From NCBI GenBank assembly GCA_965214605.1, contig OZ243961.1, forward strand, positions 3,808,001 to 3,872,000: DNA of 64,000 bases, read 5' to 3'. The DNA is from an uncultured Candidatus Binatia bacterium (GTDB lineage: Bacteria; Desulfobacterota; Binatia; Bin18). Positions 60,560 to 64,000 of the stretch are shown here, piece by piece. The notes below the pieces were generated by a model. The model was given only the letters and a program-made list of their open reading frames with translations, was not told where the DNA came from and did no database searches. Both the position numbers and the translations under genes were made by a program. Every line of letters begins with the position of its first letter. Position 1 is the first letter of the stretch.

Positions 60560-60790
60560 GTTCCATGAAGGGCTCGACCTGGGCCAAGGTGAGGGCCTGC
60601 GCCTCACACCAGTCCGCGAAGCGGTAGGCCGCCGTGACGTAGGCCAGCCGGGTATTGGCAGTGCGGATGTGCGCCCCAAAGAACTCCCAAAACCGCTGCT
60701 GGCCCTGGCGCGTCTCGGCAAAGAGCTGGGGGGTGAACCCGCCCAGCAATCCGGGCCGGCATCGGCGGGCCACCCGGCCCTCTTGCCGCG
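60560..60790 (-). pseudogene. Tyrosine integrase N-terminal (SAM-like) fragment
   Basis: RFWEFFGAHIR..NTR.AY..A..RF..WCE...L.L..VEP. Confidence 0.7.
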
Positions 60791-61041
60791 ATGTGCATCG
60801 TCATCCCTCCCTCCTTGCTGGATGTGACTCATAACAGGATTATGAACCCCTCACACCCCCCCGCTTCGCCTCCTCCTGGCCGGAGGCCGGGCGTATGTGT
60901 CGAGCGGGTTGCGGCCGGGTGTCCCTCGGTGGGAAGGATAAAGAAGGGCTGATGATTTGTGTTGACTGCCTGAGCAATGTCCGCTCCTTGATTGGGCGCA
61001 GGTGGCATCTTCGACGGCGGTCTCTGTTAAGCCACCCGCCG

Positions 61042-63322
61042 TCATTCATCATCTCCGACAGCGGGTGTTTTCACCAAGCTTTCCATCGCTTCAAAATGTT
61101 CGAGGTCCTGCGTCTTCATAAAGTCGAGGATACTCTGAAGCACTGGACGCGCTTCTGCAAGTGACGACAGGTCATGCTCCGGCTCACCGATGAAATCGCT
61201 GTGGGAATACGTGTGTACGAACCGTATAATTCGCGTTTTCGCAGCTTCGTCGAATTTTATATCTTTCAGCTTGTTCCACAACTCGCCAGACGCTCGGGGC
61301 TGGCGGAACGCAAGAAACCCTTCCAAAAGGCGACGGGCCATATTTGGCAGTATGTAGTTCTCCTCAAGTGCTATTGGTGACGTGGCTTGCGCTTCCAAGT
61401 AGATACGGGAGAATAGATAGTGGTACTCCGACTCGTATCGCTCAAGAAGTCGATCAAGAGGACACAATTCCGAGAAACGCCGGGCTCCGTTGAATCGCCA
61501 ATCAAGCATGTAAAACCGCGCCGGCCTTACATTGACATCCCGCTTCCTTTGCCCCTTCAGATGGTGAAACCAGTTCTTTACATGTCTGAAGAAGGTAAAG
61601 TTGTGAGTGAGAATGAAAAGTTGCGCCACATCTTGTGTGCGCTGTTGTATATAACCGAAGGCTAAAAAGAGCGCATTAGCGTCAAGGCTAGAGACAGGGT
61701 CGTCTAGCACTACTACGCCCTTGGACGAGTCAAAGCCCCGGTCTTGCAGGGACTTCAAAAAGTAGAGCAAGGCGATCGCCGTGTTTTCCCCCTCGCTCAG
61801 GGCCTGCGCCTGTTTGCCATTTCGCATGATCGCATATCCAGTGTCCTTGACAGCAAGCTGGAGCTCACCATGTCCTAGATATCTGTGTAGATCCTGATTG
61901 AGTTCTTCGGCCGGCCTCTGATGCTCGGTAATATCGCGCTCAAGCTCCTTGATCTGCTCCACAAAATGCTTGACATCTCTGTCTGCTCGTGCAACATCCA
62001 ACTGGGCATTGTTCTCATCGTTCACCAGTCGATTGAAGTCCTCCAGGGTTTCCGCGACTGAATTAGCCTCCAGGCGTTCTCTTGCCCGTTTGACTTGTGT
62101 CTCGAACTCGTCGCAAGCGCTATTATGTTTCCGTACCGCTTGATTCACACTTTCGAGGATTTCCGGCGGCATCTCTGGTACAGGCGTGTCGAGCATGTAA
62201 CTTTCGAAGGCTCGCCCCTTCTTTCGTTTCACTTCTTCCACCAACGCATCGAGTAAGGCTTTCCCAGTCTTCGACGCTTCAATAAGCTTACCCTTAGCGG
62301 TCTCATATTCCCCGGAGAGTTCTTCGTGGAAGTCGCTGGAATACGGTAACTCCATTAGTTCCGACTGCTTCGCCGCCTTCTCCAACATTTCAAGTTGGTT
62401 GTCCAAGCTTTTGAGAAATTGCTCATACTCGTCGCTAAAGTGGGCCTCAAGGTCTCGCATACGGTCTCTCGGCAACGCTTGGTCACAGAAGAGGCAGCGG
62501 TCCGTATGACGCTCCTGGTGCAAGCCGCGTCCTTGATATACCCATAAAGAGAGGGCCTGGCCGTCCTTCAGTGGTTGGATCACAGCGGACACGACGGTCG
62601 TCTCAAGCAGACGCGAGACTTCCTTTGCGTGCGTTGACAGCACGGGAAGCTGATAAGCGATCTCAGAAATTTTTGCTTTTGGTGTTGACCGATGATGCTG
62701 CCGGAGAAGCTTCTCGCGCTCACTATCGCTGAGACGAGAGCTTGTCGCAGCACCCGAGCTCACCATCTTCTCTGCGCACTTCTGATAATGGGACTTATTA
62801 TAGTTATTGTACCGACTTGAAGCAGACGATCTCAGCATATCCTTAATCGCCTTTGCTCGGTCGATGCAATGCTGGTCTTAAAGCCTTGGCGGCAGCGTCA
62901 TTGGCTGACCGAGCTTCTTGCAGCGTAGCTTCCGCAACTGCGCGGTTCTCCTTGAGACGCTCTATTGCCTGTTGCTTCTCAACACTATCCTTGCCGAGGA
63001 CCAAAATCTGAGCCATATCACCGCCCCCAGCCGGGAAGACATTGTCCGACACAAAGTCCCGATTGAACACGCGAACTGGTGTGTTTATTTGCTCGAAATC
63101 GGAACCCTTGACATTCCTTCCCTTGATGGAGAGATCAACATCAAACTCCACGGGCTTCCTCATCTCCAGAGCCTGAAAGAGTCTGCTGATTGTTGTCTTG
63201 CCAGACCCATTCCAGCCATAGATTAAATTGTAGCGCCCAAAGCTAGCCATGTCTGTTGGCCACCGGAAATTGCGAAGCATTCCAGGGTACTCCAATTTCT
63301 GAATCTTTTCTATCAGGACCAT
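61042..63322 (-). pseudogene. rloC: RloC-like AAA_13 ABC-ATPase/HEPN anticodon nuclease, one +1 frameshift near 62878
   Basis: Walker A YGWNGSGKTT, FN.DFV, zinc hook CLFCDQ, LSEGE signature, DDPVSSLD, LTHN, N..RR.LE.FL and RFVHTYSH (HEPN-like). Confidence 0.8.
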
Positions 63323-63606
63323 GTGACTTCTCCTTTACCCTTCGAGGTATTCCAGGGTTTAACTTTTGGTTGACGCAATGGGCGGGGGCTCCCGCCCCGC
63401 CGAATATTATTAGGCGGCGGAGTGTCCGGAACTCCGCCGCGGGGCCTGGATCAGGCCGGGTCGCGCCCAGGACGCCGACGTCCTGGCAGCCCCCCACCTT
63501 AAATCATTAGGCAAAAGGCGCGCCAGCCCGAACGGGGGTTTTGGGGAGCCCTGGCCAGCCTGGGCGGGCGGTCAGGAGGTTAAGACAGATTCCATCGTAC
63601 AATGTG

Positions 63607-64000
63607 CTAGCCGAAGAATCCGTCTGATGTGCGCACCCAGTCGATGAATGGCTTCCAATCAATATCAATCACCTTCTGAAAATCGAATTTCGCGTCTTCA
63701 AGTGCTCTGCATAAACCTTTATACTTTTGACGATAAATTTCCCATGTCGTCTGATATTTCATTCGAACGGACGGCGGTAACGATGTATCGTGGCCATGGT
63801 CGAATAGACGTTTGAGGTAGAATAGATCGTATGCCAGAAGCCAGTCGCCATCGGTGCCACTGATGTATTCTGGGACGTGTGAGAAGTCAGTTCCTTTCCC
63901 TTCCCAAAAACTGGTCCTCAGAAACCTTGTCGTATCTACGAACCAGATGGCTCTTTCTTGGTCATAAAGATGCGTCTTGAAAATATTCATGTGTGGCTGG
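63607..64000 (-). CDS. Hypothetical low-GC protein, possibly 5'-partial
   Basis: 127 aa ORF whose frame stays open to the window edge. Confidence 0.45.
   Translation of the reverse strand, partial: QPHMNIFKTHLYDQERAIWFVDTTRFLRTSFWEGKGTDFSHVPEYISGTDGDWLLAYDLFYLKRLFDHGHDTSLPPSVRMKYQTTWEIYRQKYKGLCRALEDAKFDFQKVIDIDWKPFIDWVRTSDGFFG

Noticed and set aside
1-64000. CRISPR arrays, tRNA or rRNA genes
   Set aside because: No regularly spaced repeats or tRNA/rRNA signatures seen by eye. The repeats found are intragenic.

Overview
A ~60% GC bacterial window with an intact metabolic core and three decayed islands of defence, toxin-antitoxin and IS fragments (~1.0-3.7 kb, ~13.1-16.3 kb, ~55.8-64 kb). Gene content suggests a diderm, Deltaproteobacteria/Ca. 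Binatia-like, possibly host-associated MAG (inference only). The core has four blocks. (i) A PVA-dehydrogenase-like quinohemoprotein, an arginyl/Bpt transferase, and an operon of an IpdAB-like 'CoA-transferase' pair, a small ORF and squalene-hopene cyclase. (ii) An ~18 kb PQQ island: pqqABCDE (pqqA is absent from the ORF track), two paralogous PQQ dehydrogenases with the lanthanide-type WDYDG motif flanking an alternative complex III operon (actA-B-C/D fusion-E-F), then XoxJ-like, CxxxCH cytochrome c and YVTN propeller genes. (iii) grxD-bolA, followed by an operon of amidohydrolase, crotonase, acyl-adenylate ligase and crotonase, bracketed by two 38 and 46 aa CxxC...CC desulforedoxin-like proteins absent from the ORF track, one ending in KPLPSSD. 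This is the best candidate for an undescribed system, possibly a carrier-protein-based pathway. (iv) ygfZ, leucine dehydrogenase, Rieske, flavin reductase, two tandem secreted paralogs, and an HpaB-like/crotonase/propeller/NUDIX operon. Several frameshifts sit in homopolymers, so some pseudogenes may be assembly errors.
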